A DNA stretch of 51,051 nt. Origin: Flavobacterium sp. (lineage in GTDB: Bacteria > Bacteroidota > Bacteroidia > Flavobacteriales > Flavobacteriaceae). Both the position numbers and the translations under genes were made by a program. The stretch covers positions 1 to 51,051 of the forward strand of contig DAOLYL010000001.1 in the NCBI GenBank assembly GCA_035425765.1. The letters are read 5' to 3'. Below the pieces are notes generated by a model. It saw only the letters and a program-made list of their open reading frames with translations, did not search any database and had not been told where the DNA came from. Positions 40,243-50,134 of the stretch are shown piece after piece (positions within the stretch are counted from its first letter, which is position 1; every line of letters begins with the position of its first letter).

Positions 40243-40250
40243 TACTTTTG
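40243..40250 (+). promoter_or_regulatory. Candidate internal -7 promoter element
   Basis: TACTTTTG in a 97-bp intergenic gap, 28 nt before the ATG at 40279. Confidence 0.55.
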
Positions 40251-40278
40251 CTGGATTAGGATTGAATACTCTTTAAAG

Positions 40279-41817
40279 ATGATTATTTTTTTTCACGACA
40301 ACTCAAGAATTATTGAAATAGTTTCTTCAAATGGAGATAGTTTTTCTGTTACTAAAAATAGTTTAATCGTTCCAACTATCATTGAATTTGCTAAAAAAAA
40401 CAGTAATGAAATTCTTGTTTGGTGTCATCAAAACGAGAAAGAAAACTTAAATCATTCCTTCATCGAAAGCTTTTTTTTTCACAATAAGTTTTTATTATCT
40501 TATAATCCTATTCATTCTAATTATTTTGGAAAAAATGTAGGATATATTGAAGATACTCAGTTTATAAACATTAATAAGAAAGTAAAATATGCTTCTTGGA
40601 TGATGAGTAGTTATGCTGGAGCAATACATTCTGAAACTATTATTGCGCTTCAAAACAGTATTAATAGTAAAGATAGTTTTGATTATTTTTTAAACTCAAT
40701 TGCTCGATTGGGATTGCCAAAAGGATTATTTTGTTATTCTGAACCAAAATTATTAATCAAACCATCTCAAAATGTCAATCTAAAATCAGCTTCTCTATTT
40801 CAATTATATCGATTTACAAAACAGCACTATAGAATTAGATGGGTTTTTCTGCTTTTTTTAAGTTTGATTATTTTTGAAAAAAAAATTACCCTAATTCCTT
40901 TTTTAAATTCTTTTTTCTACAAAAGAAGAACAATAAATACCAAAAATTTAGACCAAATTACTTTAGTTTCTAAAACTAATAATTTAGCGACAAAATCAAT
41001 TGATGTTTTGATACCAACTATTGGAAGAAAAAAATATTTGCATGATGTATTGAAAAAACTAGCTTCTCAAACTCATCTTCCAAATAATGTTATCATCATT
41101 GAGCAAAATCCAGTTGAAAATTCAGTTTCAGAATTAGAATATATCAACGAGAATTGGCCTTTTACTATAAAACATCATTTTATACACCAAACTGGTGCTT
41201 GTAATGCTAGAAATATTGGGCTTCAACTAATTGAAAGTGAATTTGTTTTTATGGCGGATGATGATATTGATTTTGACAATACCTTACTTGAAAATGCTAT
41301 TTCGATTTTTGAAAAAATGAATTTTGATGCTTTTTTAGTCGCTTGCCATCTTCAATCACAAGTAATTAAAGTAGAATCTCCAAAACAGTTTGCCGTTTTT
41401 GGTGCTGGACATGCTTTTGTAAAATCAAGTTGTTTGAAAGATATAAAATTTAATACTTCCTACGAATTTGGATTTGGCGAAGACAACGATTTTGGAATGC
41501 AACTCAGAAATAAAGGTTATGACATTCACTACATTTCCGATTTTAAGATTTTACATCTAAAAGCACCGATTGGTGGTTTTAGAGTAAAACCAAAACGACT
41601 TTGGAGTGATGATGTTATTCAGTCAAAACCATCGCCAACAGTTATGTTGTTTAGAATTCTTCATTGTTCAAAAGAACAAAACTCTAGTTATAAATTAACT
41701 TTGTTTATTAAAAATTTTGATAAAAGTTTTTTTTTAAATCCTTTTAAATACATATCATTGTTTACCAAAAGATGGAATAGAAGTTTATATTGGGCAAATA
41801 TTTTAAAAAATAAATAA
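40279..41817 (+). CDS. GT2 glycosyltransferase with an N-terminal extension
   Basis: C-terminal half has DVLIPTIGR, GACNARN, MADDD and GEDNDFG. Confidence 0.85.
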   Translation: MIIFFHDNSRIIEIVSSNGDSFSVTKNSLIVPTIIEFAKKNSNEILVWCHQNEKENLNHSFIESFFFHNKFLLSYNPIHSNYFGKNVGYIEDTQFININKKVKYASWMMSSYAGAIHSETIIALQNSINSKDSFDYFLNSIARLGLPKGLFCYSEPKLLIKPSQNVNLKSASLFQLYRFTKQHYRIRWVFLLFLSLIIFEKKITLIPFLNSFFYKRRTINTKNLDQITLVSKTNNLATKSIDVLIPTIGRKKYLHDVLKKLASQTHLPNNVIIIEQNPVENSVSELEYINENWPFTIKHHFIHQTGACNARNIGLQLIESEFVFMADDDIDFDNTLLENAISIFEKMNFDAFLVACHLQSQVIKVESPKQFAVFGAGHAFVKSSCLKDIKFNTSYEFGFGEDNDFGMQLRNKGYDIHYISDFKILHLKAPIGGFRVKPKRLWSDDVIQSKPSPTVMLFRILHCSKEQNSSYKLTLFIKNFDKSFFLNPFKYISLFTKRWNRSLYWANILKNK

Positions 41818-42809
41818 TGAATTTTACATTAATAATATGCACTTATATGCGACCTGAAGCGTTGTGTAAATTATTATTATCTGTTAATAAACAAACTGTA
41901 TTACCTTTTGAAATTTTGATTATTGATGGTTCATTAAATAGTGAAACCTTTGCAATGCTAAAAGAGAATAGCTTTAACAACATACATTATTATTTAGTCA
42001 GTAAGTTTGATAGAGGTTTAACAAAACAGAGAAATTTCGGTATCAAAAAGACTTCTAAAGACAGTGAAATAGTTTGTTTTCTTGATGATGACACTATTTT
42101 AGAACCAAATTATTTTGAAGAGATTTTAAAAACATATTCCATTTATCCTGATGCATTAGGTGTTGGTGGATATATCAATAATGAAGTAATTTGGAAAAAA
42201 AATTCTACTGATTATAAACCAAAAAGCAACGAATATTTATATGATGGTTGGATAAGAAATGAAAGCAGCCGATTTATAATTAGGAAAAAGCTAAAACTTG
42301 ATGCTGATAGAAATCCTGGTTGTCATCCTTCATTTTCTCATGGAAGAAGTATTAGTTTTTTACCGCCATCGGGAAGAATTTATGATGTTGAACAGTTAAT
42401 GGGTGGTGTTTCTTCTTTTAAAAAATCGGTGTTTCAAACCTTTCAATTTTCAACTTATTTCGAAGGATATGGATTGTATGAAGATGCTGATTTTACATTA
42501 AGAGTTTCAAAAACAGGGAAACTTTATGTAAACACAAATGCTCAACTAGGTCATTTTCACGATTCAGCAGGAAGACCAAATAAATATAATTATGGAAAGA
42601 TGGTTGTTAGAAATGGTTGGTATGTTTGGCGTGTTAAATATCCAAAACCAAGTTTAAATGATAAATTTAAATGGCATTCGATAACTTTATTATTGACATT
42701 CATCAGATTTAGCAATATATTTACAACCAATAAAAAACAAGAAGCTTTTACTGAATTTATAGGGAGAACAGTAGGATGGTTTTCTTTATTTAGCAACAAA
42801 CCAAAATAG
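41817..42809 (+). CDS. GT2 glycosyltransferase
   Basis: LIICTYMR, IIDGS, GLTKQRNFG, FLDDD, YEDADF. Confidence 0.9.
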   Translation: MNFTLIICTYMRPEALCKLLLSVNKQTVLPFEILIIDGSLNSETFAMLKENSFNNIHYYLVSKFDRGLTKQRNFGIKKTSKDSEIVCFLDDDTILEPNYFEEILKTYSIYPDALGVGGYINNEVIWKKNSTDYKPKSNEYLYDGWIRNESSRFIIRKKLKLDADRNPGCHPSFSHGRSISFLPPSGRIYDVEQLMGGVSSFKKSVFQTFQFSTYFEGYGLYEDADFTLRVSKTGKLYVNTNAQLGHFHDSAGRPNKYNYGKMVVRNGWYVWRVKYPKPSLNDKFKWHSITLLLTFIRFSNIFTTNKKQEAFTEFIGRTVGWFSLFSNKPK

Positions 42810-42811
42810 AA

Positions 42812-43618
42812 ATGAGAACGCAAGAGGAAATAATTGAGATTAACAAAAAACAAAAAGAGTTTTATAACCACAAAAAGAAAAATCTTCCAACAAGAATTTG
42901 GTCTTTCGTTCGTGAAAAAACATTAAAAAAAATCAGAAAGGACATTGGTGTTCTCAACCAATCGTATGATTTACATAAAGTTTGGTTTGGAGATGTTTCA
43001 AATAAAAAAGTACTCGATTTAGGTTGTTTTGCTGGAAATTATTGGAGTTTATATTTAGCAGAAAATAGCAAGCAATATATTGGTTTAGATTTAAGTGATT
43101 TAGCTATCGAAAAATTAAATAAAAGAATTGATAAATTTCCAAATGCAAAAGCTGTAGCTGCTGACTTTTTATCTGCTGACTTTGCCGAAAAAGACTTTGA
43201 CATTATTTATGCTTATGGAGTTTTGCATCACTTTCAAAATCCAGATGTATTAATTGCTAAGCTAAACGAAAAATTAGCTCCAAACGGAACTATTATTAGT
43301 TATGATCCATTGGAGACAAGTTTGCCAATAAAATTTATAAGAGTTTTGTATAGACCATTTCAATCAGACAAAGATTGGGAATGGCCATTTTCTAGAAAAA
43401 CATATTATAAGTTTCACAATACTTTTAAAGTTATCGAAAGACATGGTGTTTTAGGTCAAGCTAAATGGTATTTTTTGATAAACTTATTGCCAATTTCAGA
43501 TGAAAAAAAGCAAGCAATTGGGAAAAAATGGCATAAAAAAGATTGGGATTTATCAGCAACTTCGGATAGTCATTTATTTAAATGTATGCAATTGACTATG
43601 TTAATGCAGAAAAAGTAA
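42812..43618 (+). CDS. Class I SAM-dependent methyltransferase
   Basis: VLDLGCFAG, GLDLS, FDIIYAYGVLHH, LAPNG. Confidence 0.88.
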   Translation: MRTQEEIIEINKKQKEFYNHKKKNLPTRIWSFVREKTLKKIRKDIGVLNQSYDLHKVWFGDVSNKKVLDLGCFAGNYWSLYLAENSKQYIGLDLSDLAIEKLNKRIDKFPNAKAVAADFLSADFAEKDFDIIYAYGVLHHFQNPDVLIAKLNEKLAPNGTIISYDPLETSLPIKFIRVLYRPFQSDKDWEWPFSRKTYYKFHNTFKVIERHGVLGQAKWYFLINLLPISDEKKQAIGKKWHKKDWDLSATSDSHLFKCMQLTMLMQKK

Positions 43619-43632
43619 TTTAAAAAAACTTA

Positions 43633-44187
43633 ATGACTGTTGTTCAATTAATAGTATCCGATTATAAAAAACACAAAAAATATGGTGCTAATTTTTTAGT
43701 AATACTATTTTTTACACAAGGATTTTGGGCAACTTTTCAATACCGAATTGCTAATTATTTTCACAGAAAAATAAGACTGCAACCATTTAGAGTAATTTTT
43801 TTGTACCCAATGTTTTTTTGGCAAAAATTAATTGAAATTTTCGCTGGAATTTCTATTCCATCATCAGCCCAAATAGGACATTCTTTTTATGTAGCACATT
43901 TTGGTGGAATAATTTTAAATTCGAATGTCATAATTGGCAATAATTGCAATATTTCTCAAGGAGTTTCAATTGGCGTTTCAGGATTAGGAGAATTTAGAGG
44001 TGTTCCAATAATTGGCGACAATGTTTTTATTGGTTCTAATAGCATAGTTGCAGGTAAAATTACAGTTGGAAATAATGCTTTAATTGGTTCATGTTCTTTG
44101 GTAACTTCAAATGTTGAAGAAAACGCTGTTATGCTCGGTGTTCCAGCTATAAAAATTTCTGAAAAGAGTTCAAAAGGATATATTTAA
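43633..44187 (+). CDS. CysE/WcaB-like acetyltransferase (left-handed beta-helix)
   Basis: GISIPSSAQIG, HFGGII, SQGVSIG, PIIGDNVFIG, GVPA. Confidence 0.85.
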   Translation: MTVVQLIVSDYKKHKKYGANFLVILFFTQGFWATFQYRIANYFHRKIRLQPFRVIFLYPMFFWQKLIEIFAGISIPSSAQIGHSFYVAHFGGIILNSNVIIGNNCNISQGVSIGVSGLGEFRGVPIIGDNVFIGSNSIVAGKITVGNNALIGSCSLVTSNVEENAVMLGVPAIKISEKSSKGYI

Positions 44188-45323
44188 TGAGATTAGTTAT
44201 ACTATCAAATGCACCATTAATTAAAAAGCAAGAGGATTATTTTGCTTATAGTCCTTATGTAAAAGAGATTGAGTATTGGATGAAACATTCAGACGAAACT
44301 GTTTTTGTTTGTGCTGTTTTACCTGAATATAAAAATCTTTTAATTGAAAAAATAAATTCCAAAATTGCAGATGTTGTTCCTCTTAAGGATTTTAATTTAA
44401 CAACATTAAAAAAATCTTTTTTCGCTTTTTTCTATTCGTTTTATAATTGTTTTATAATTTACAAAGCATTCAAAAAAGCTGATCACATCCATTTGCGTTG
44501 CCCTGGAAATATTGGATTGTTGGGTTGTTTAGTTCAAATTTTATTTCCAAAAAAAATAAAAACTGCTAAATACGCAGGAAATTGGGCTCCAAATTCCAAT
44601 CAGCCATTAACATATCGAATTCAAAAATGGATTTTAAATAATACTTTTTTGACCAAAAACATGAAAGTGTTAGTCTATGGTGAATGGGATGGAAGTTCAA
44701 AAAATATAAAACCTTTTTTTACAGCAACTTATAAAGAAATTGATAAATCCAATGTCGTTCCAAGAGATTTTTCAAATGCAATAAAGTTTTTATTTATAGG
44801 AACATTATCGCCAGGAAAAAGGCCATTATATGCTATACAACTCATCGAAAATATAAGAAAATCAGGGTATAAAGTTGCATTAGATTTATATGGAGAAGGA
44901 AGTGAACGACTTGATTTAGAAAACTATATTAAAAATAATTCACTTGAGAATTATATAAATTTAAAAGGAAATCATCCTCAAGAAACAATAAAAAAGGAAT
45001 TGCAAGAAAATCATTTTGTAGTTTTACCCTCAAAGAGTGAAGGTTGGCCAAAAGTTATAGCTGAAGGAATGTTTTGGGGTTGTTTACCCATTTCGACAGC
45101 CATTTCTTGTGTTCCTAATATGTTAAATGGTGAGGAAAGAGGTTTATTACTTTCGCTAGATATTGAAAAAGATACAGAAAAAATTATTCAATTACTTTCA
45201 AATAAAAAGCAATATCAATCAATGTCAGAGAAAGCAATGGAATGGTCTAGAAAATATACGTTAGATTATTTTGAAAACGAAATAAAAAAATTACTTCAAG
45301 ATGAGAATAATTCAAATCATTGA
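44187..45323 (+). CDS. GT4 glycosyltransferase
   Basis: FIGTLSPGKRP, LPSKSEGWPKVIAEGM. Confidence 0.88.
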   Translation: MRLVILSNAPLIKKQEDYFAYSPYVKEIEYWMKHSDETVFVCAVLPEYKNLLIEKINSKIADVVPLKDFNLTTLKKSFFAFFYSFYNCFIIYKAFKKADHIHLRCPGNIGLLGCLVQILFPKKIKTAKYAGNWAPNSNQPLTYRIQKWILNNTFLTKNMKVLVYGEWDGSSKNIKPFFTATYKEIDKSNVVPRDFSNAIKFLFIGTLSPGKRPLYAIQLIENIRKSGYKVALDLYGEGSERLDLENYIKNNSLENYINLKGNHPQETIKKELQENHFVVLPSKSEGWPKVIAEGMFWGCLPISTAISCVPNMLNGEERGLLLSLDIEKDTEKIIQLLSNKKQYQSMSEKAMEWSRKYTLDYFENEIKKLLQDENNSNH

Positions 45324-46374
45324 TTCCTTAGAAGTTGGTGGAGCAGAAAAAATGTCTGTCAATTATGCTAATGCATTAGTTGATAAAGTTAGCTTTTCAG
45401 GTTTAATTGCCACAAGAAGAGAAGGATATTTAAAGGAACTTATTGATAAAAAAGTCAATTATCTTTTTCTTGATAGAAAGAAAAGATTTGATATTGAAGC
45501 AGTTTTACGATTGAAAGAATACTGTGTTACTAACAAGGTTGAATTTGTTCAATCACATAGTAGTTCTTATTTTATTGCTTTTATGTTAAAACTTATTTAT
45601 CCGAAAATTAAAATCATTTGGCATGACCATAATGGGTTAAGTGAATTTTTAGGAAAAAGAAATACCTATGCCGTTAAAATGGCTTCCATTTTATTTAAAG
45701 GAGTAATAGCAGTAAATTATCAATTGAAAAATTGGGCTGAAAGAGATTTGTTTTGCAAGAACGTAACTTATTTGCCAAATTTCACCAAGTTTGATCAAGA
45801 TATAGTTCATGAAACAAATTTAAGTGGAATTCCTGGAAAGCGAATATTGTGTTTAGCAAATTTACGTCATCAAAAAAATCATTTTTTATTATTAGAAATC
45901 GCAGAAAAATTTAAATCCACTTATCCTGATTGGACGTTTCATTTAGTAGGTAAATGTTTTGAAGATCAATATTCTAAAGATGTCAGGGAAATGCATATTC
46001 AAAAAAATCTTCAAGAAACTGTTTTTATTTATGGAACTAGAAAAGATACAGAAAACATAATAAATCAATCTGACATTGCTATTTTGACTTCAAATTCAGA
46101 AGGATTGCCAGTTGCTTTATTAGAATATGGATTGTGTAAAAAACCAGTTGTTTCAACCAGTGTTGGTGAAATACCATTAATTATAGAGAATGGTGTAAAT
46201 GGGTTTACTGTTCCTGTAAATGATAAAGATAGTTTTTTCAATATTCTTGAAAAATTGGTTAATGATAAAATTTTTAGAGATAAGCTCGGTGAAAACTTAA
46301 ATAAAACTATTAACGAAAATAATTCTGAAGAAGCAATTGTTAATAGATATATAAGTTGGTTAAAAACAATATAA
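45301..46374 (+). CDS. GT4 glycosyltransferase
   Basis: GGAEK, LANLRHQKNH, SNSEGLPVALLEYG, VGEIP. Confidence 0.9.
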   Translation: MRIIQIIDSLEVGGAEKMSVNYANALVDKVSFSGLIATRREGYLKELIDKKVNYLFLDRKKRFDIEAVLRLKEYCVTNKVEFVQSHSSSYFIAFMLKLIYPKIKIIWHDHNGLSEFLGKRNTYAVKMASILFKGVIAVNYQLKNWAERDLFCKNVTYLPNFTKFDQDIVHETNLSGIPGKRILCLANLRHQKNHFLLLEIAEKFKSTYPDWTFHLVGKCFEDQYSKDVREMHIQKNLQETVFIYGTRKDTENIINQSDIAILTSNSEGLPVALLEYGLCKKPVVSTSVGEIPLIIENGVNGFTVPVNDKDSFFNILEKLVNDKIFRDKLGENLNKTINENNSEEAIVNRYISWLKTI

Positions 46375-46380
46375 ATTACA

Positions 46381-47730
46381 ATGAAAGATAGAGATTATAT
46401 ACTTTTAATTATAATGCATGCTTTATTAGGCATTCTAATTTATTTATTTCCATTTCTATCAAAAATTTATGCAGTAGCAATTATAGTTTTTGGATTTTTA
46501 TATGTTTTGAAAACACAGAATAAAAGTAACAATGTTCTTTTAGTTGCAGGTTATGTTGTTGGTAGTGAGGTTTTTTTAAGAATGACACAAGGAAGTTTTT
46601 TTTATGAGTTCTCAAAGTATGGGGTTATGTTTTTCTTGCTTTTAGGAATGTATTATAGAGGGTTTTCTAAAAATGCACTACCAATGTGGATATACTTATT
46701 ACTCCTTGTTCCAGGAGTTATAATTGCCACTGAAACACTTAATCTTACTACTGATATCAGAAAAGCTATTCTCTTTAATATTTCTGGACCTCTTTGTCTT
46801 GGTGTTGCAGGTATATATTGTTATAACAGAAAAATTTTATTCACCGATATTAATAAAATATTACTTTTTATTGGTTTACCAATTATATCAAATACTGTAT
46901 ATCTAATTTTAGTAACACCAGATTTAAAAGAAGTTCTAGTAGGAACAGGATCAAATCCATTAACCTCTGGAGGTTTTGGACCTAATCAAGTTGCTACTGT
47001 CTTTGGATTAGGAATGTTTGTTTTCTTTTCAAGATTGTTGTTTGAATCGAAATCTAAACTTATTATGATTGTTAATATGATAATTGTATTCAATATTTCA
47101 TATCGCGGATTATTGACATTTTCAAGAGGAGGAATGATTACAGGATTTTTTATGATAATCATATTACTATTAATCATTTACATTAAAACTAATTCTGCTG
47201 TGAAAAGTAAATTAAACTTAATGTTTATTTTTTTATCCATAATAATGTTAGTAACATGGTTATATGCTTCTAATGAAACGGAAGGTCTTATTGAGAAACG
47301 ATATGCCAATCAAGATGCGAGTGGAAGAACTAAAGAAAGTCAATTGTCTGGTCGAGAAGATATTTATAAATCTGAAGTTAATGCATTTCTCGCAAGTCCT
47401 GTTTTTGGTGTTGGAGTAGCAAAAGGAGTAGAAATTAGAGAGGCAGAAACAGGTGGTCTTATTATTGCTTCTCATAATGAAATTACAAGGATGCTTGCAG
47501 AACATGGTATTTTGGGGATTTTTGCTTTAATGATTTTATTTATAACTCCAATGTTTTTGTATATATCTAACAGAGAACATTTATTTTTATTTTGTTTTAT
47601 TTTATTTTGGATTTTAACAATAAATCATGCCGCAATGAGAATAGCAGCTCCAGCTTTTATTTACTCACTTTCGCTATTAAAAGTCAAAATGTATGAAGAC
47701 GATACTATACATAGGGAACAAACTGTCTAG
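46381..47730 (+). CDS. O-antigen ligase / Wzy_C family membrane protein
   Basis: Multi-TM protein; GFGPNQ, LTFSRGG, SGR, GVG, SHNE..RMLAEHG. Confidence 0.85.
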   Translation: MKDRDYILLIIMHALLGILIYLFPFLSKIYAVAIIVFGFLYVLKTQNKSNNVLLVAGYVVGSEVFLRMTQGSFFYEFSKYGVMFFLLLGMYYRGFSKNALPMWIYLLLLVPGVIIATETLNLTTDIRKAILFNISGPLCLGVAGIYCYNRKILFTDINKILLFIGLPIISNTVYLILVTPDLKEVLVGTGSNPLTSGGFGPNQVATVFGLGMFVFFSRLLFESKSKLIMIVNMIIVFNISYRGLLTFSRGGMITGFFMIIILLLIIYIKTNSAVKSKLNLMFIFLSIIMLVTWLYASNETEGLIEKRYANQDASGRTKESQLSGREDIYKSEVNAFLASPVFGVGVAKGVEIREAETGGLIIASHNEITRMLAEHGILGIFALMILFITPMFLYISNREHLFLFCFILFWILTINHAAMRIAAPAFIYSLSLLKVKMYEDDTIHREQTV

Positions 47731-48703
47731 CCATGGTAATACTTCTACTTTAATAGAATCACTAGGAAAATATCTCGAAAGTGAAAATTATAAAGTTTAT
47801 TACACGTCATCACAGAAAAATAAGGTTTTAAGACTTCTTGATATGACTTTATGTACTCTAAAATATGCAAAAAAAACAGACTATGTTTTAATTGATACTT
47901 ACAGTACAACTAATTTTTGGTATGCTTTTGTGACAAGTCAAATATGTAGAATGTTTTCAGCTAAATACATACCAATTCTTCATGGAGGAATGCTGCCATC
48001 AAGAATTAAACGAAGTAAAACAATTTCTAAGATGATTTTTAAAAATTCTTATGTAAATATTGCACCTTCAGGATATTTATTAAATGCATTTTTATCGAGT
48101 GGATTTGAAAATACTAAATTAATTTCTAATTCAATTCAGTCAGAAAAATTTCCGTATCAATCTAGAAATTTTGATTTTCCGAGATTATTTTGGCTGAGGT
48201 CATTTTCTAAAATTTATAATCCAATATTAGCTGCTAAAGTGTTTCTAAAGATTAAAGAAAAATTTCCTCAAGCGGCACTTTGTATGGTTGGACCCAAAAA
48301 AGATGATAGTTATGAGGAAACTAAGAATTTTTCCGAAAAGAATAACTTAAATATTGAGTTTAAAGGAAAACTTTCAAAAAAACAATGGATTTCGGTATCC
48401 AATTACTATAATGTTTTTTTAAATACTACTCATTATGACAATACACCATTAAGCGTTATTGAAATTATGGCTTTGGGCTTGCCAATAGTTTCTACAAATG
48501 TTGGTGGAATACCATATTTGTTAGACCATAATTTTAATGCATTGTTAGTTAATGATAATGATTTAGAAACAATGGTTTCAGAAATTGAGAGGATATTTAC
48601 TGAAAAGGATTTGACTGAAAAATTGATTTCCAATGCCCAAAATACTGTTAAAAAATTCGATTGGAAAATTGTAAAAAACCAATGGATTGAATTACTACAA
48701 TAA
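47693..48703 (+). CDS. GT4 glycosyltransferase
   Basis: LHGG, WLRSF...YNP, DNTPLSVIEIMALG, TNVGGIP. Confidence 0.88.
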   Translation: MKTILYIGNKLSSHGNTSTLIESLGKYLESENYKVYYTSSQKNKVLRLLDMTLCTLKYAKKTDYVLIDTYSTTNFWYAFVTSQICRMFSAKYIPILHGGMLPSRIKRSKTISKMIFKNSYVNIAPSGYLLNAFLSSGFENTKLISNSIQSEKFPYQSRNFDFPRLFWLRSFSKIYNPILAAKVFLKIKEKFPQAALCMVGPKKDDSYEETKNFSEKNNLNIEFKGKLSKKQWISVSNYYNVFLNTTHYDNTPLSVIEIMALGLPIVSTNVGGIPYLLDHNFNALLVNDNDLETMVSEIERIFTEKDLTEKLISNAQNTVKKFDWKIVKNQWIELLQ

Positions 48704-48742
48704 TTAACAATATTTAGTAACTTGCAACTTCAAAAAAAATTC

Positions 48743-50134
48743 ATGAATAAATATAAAGATATACACTTTGAAGTTTCAGAAAGGAAAATTCTGCTTAGAA
48801 TTTTTGATGTGATTTCTGTGCTTCTTTCTTTGTATTTGGTAGGCGTAATTTTTCATTTTGATTATTTTAATATTTCTGCAACCAATTATTATTGGACAAT
48901 TGTTTTAACTATTTATTTGTTGGCTATTGGTTCTGTTTTTGAAATGTATAATTTGCAAGTGGCTAGTAGTCAGTTTCAGATAATAAAAAGTATAATTTTG
49001 ACATCATCAACAACTGTGCTTTTATATCTTTTAACACCTTTTTATACTCCAGTTTTACCGTCAAATCGTGTTCAGATTTTAATTTTCTTTTTTGCCATTT
49101 TTGGTGCCTTGTTTTTATGGAGAATTACTTATGTTCGTTTTTTTGCTTCCAATAGATTTGTTAAAAAAGTAATTTTAATTTGTGATCAAGACCAAGCGGA
49201 AGAACTAATTAATGGATTGGTTTCCGTTGATCCACATTATAGAGTTTTGGGTTTTGTAAATTCGGATAGTAATGCAAAACAGAACGATAGTTTTACTATT
49301 AATAACATACCAATTGACCAATTAGAGAAATTTGTAAATAAAAATTCAGTTTCAGAAATAGTAGTTGCTTCTCAAAAAACTGATGGAATTACCGTTAAGC
49401 TCTACAACCAATTAATTAATCTTTTAGAAAACGGTTACATTATTCGGGAATATACCCAAGTTTATGAATCAATAACTCAAAGGATTCCGGTTCAATACGT
49501 TTCAAGAGATTTTTATAGATATTTCCCGTTTAGCAGAAGTAATCAAAACCATTTTTATCTAATAATCGTTAGATTGCTCGAAATAATTATTTCACTAATA
49601 GGAATTAGTTTTGGAATACTAATGTTACCACTCATTTTACTTGGAAATTTGATAGGAAATAGAGGTGAATTGTTTTATACTCAAAAACGAGTAGGTAAAA
49701 ATGGTGAAGTTTTTAAAATCGTTAAGTTTAGAACGATGATTAAAAATGCAGAAAAAAACGGAGCTGTTTTTGCTAAAACTAATGATGTTAGAATTACACC
49801 TTTTGGAAAGTTTTTGAGAAAATCACGATTGGATGAATTCCCTCAATTTATTAATATTCTAAAAGGTGATATGGCAGTTATTGGACCGAGACCAGAAAGA
49901 CCAGTTTTTGTGAAAGAAATTGCCGATGTGATGCCTTTTTACGAAACGCGACATGTTGTGAAACCAGGGTTAACAGGTTGGGCACAAGTGAATTATTCTT
50001 ATGGAGCAACAATTGATGATAGTTTGATTAAACTTCAATATGATTTATATTATATCAAGCACAGGAGTCTTTTTCTTGATTTTAATATATTGTTTAAAAC
50101 CTTTAGTACCGTTTTATTTTACAGAGGACAATAA
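48743..50134 (+). CDS. Priming polyprenyl glycosylphosphotransferase (WcaJ/WbaP-like); ATG at 48743 preferred over the TTG at 48722
   Basis: Four N-terminal TM segments plus a CoA-binding-like domain; KFRTM, RLDEFPQ, GPRPERP, KPGLTGWAQV, YDLYYIK. Confidence 0.92.
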   Translation: MNKYKDIHFEVSERKILLRIFDVISVLLSLYLVGVIFHFDYFNISATNYYWTIVLTIYLLAIGSVFEMYNLQVASSQFQIIKSIILTSSTTVLLYLLTPFYTPVLPSNRVQILIFFFAIFGALFLWRITYVRFFASNRFVKKVILICDQDQAEELINGLVSVDPHYRVLGFVNSDSNAKQNDSFTINNIPIDQLEKFVNKNSVSEIVVASQKTDGITVKLYNQLINLLENGYIIREYTQVYESITQRIPVQYVSRDFYRYFPFSRSNQNHFYLIIVRLLEIIISLIGISFGILMLPLILLGNLIGNRGELFYTQKRVGKNGEVFKIVKFRTMIKNAEKNGAVFAKTNDVRITPFGKFLRKSRLDEFPQFINILKGDMAVIGPRPERPVFVKEIADVMPFYETRHVVKPGLTGWAQVNYSYGATIDDSLIKLQYDLYYIKHRSLFLDFNILFKTFSTVLFYRGQ

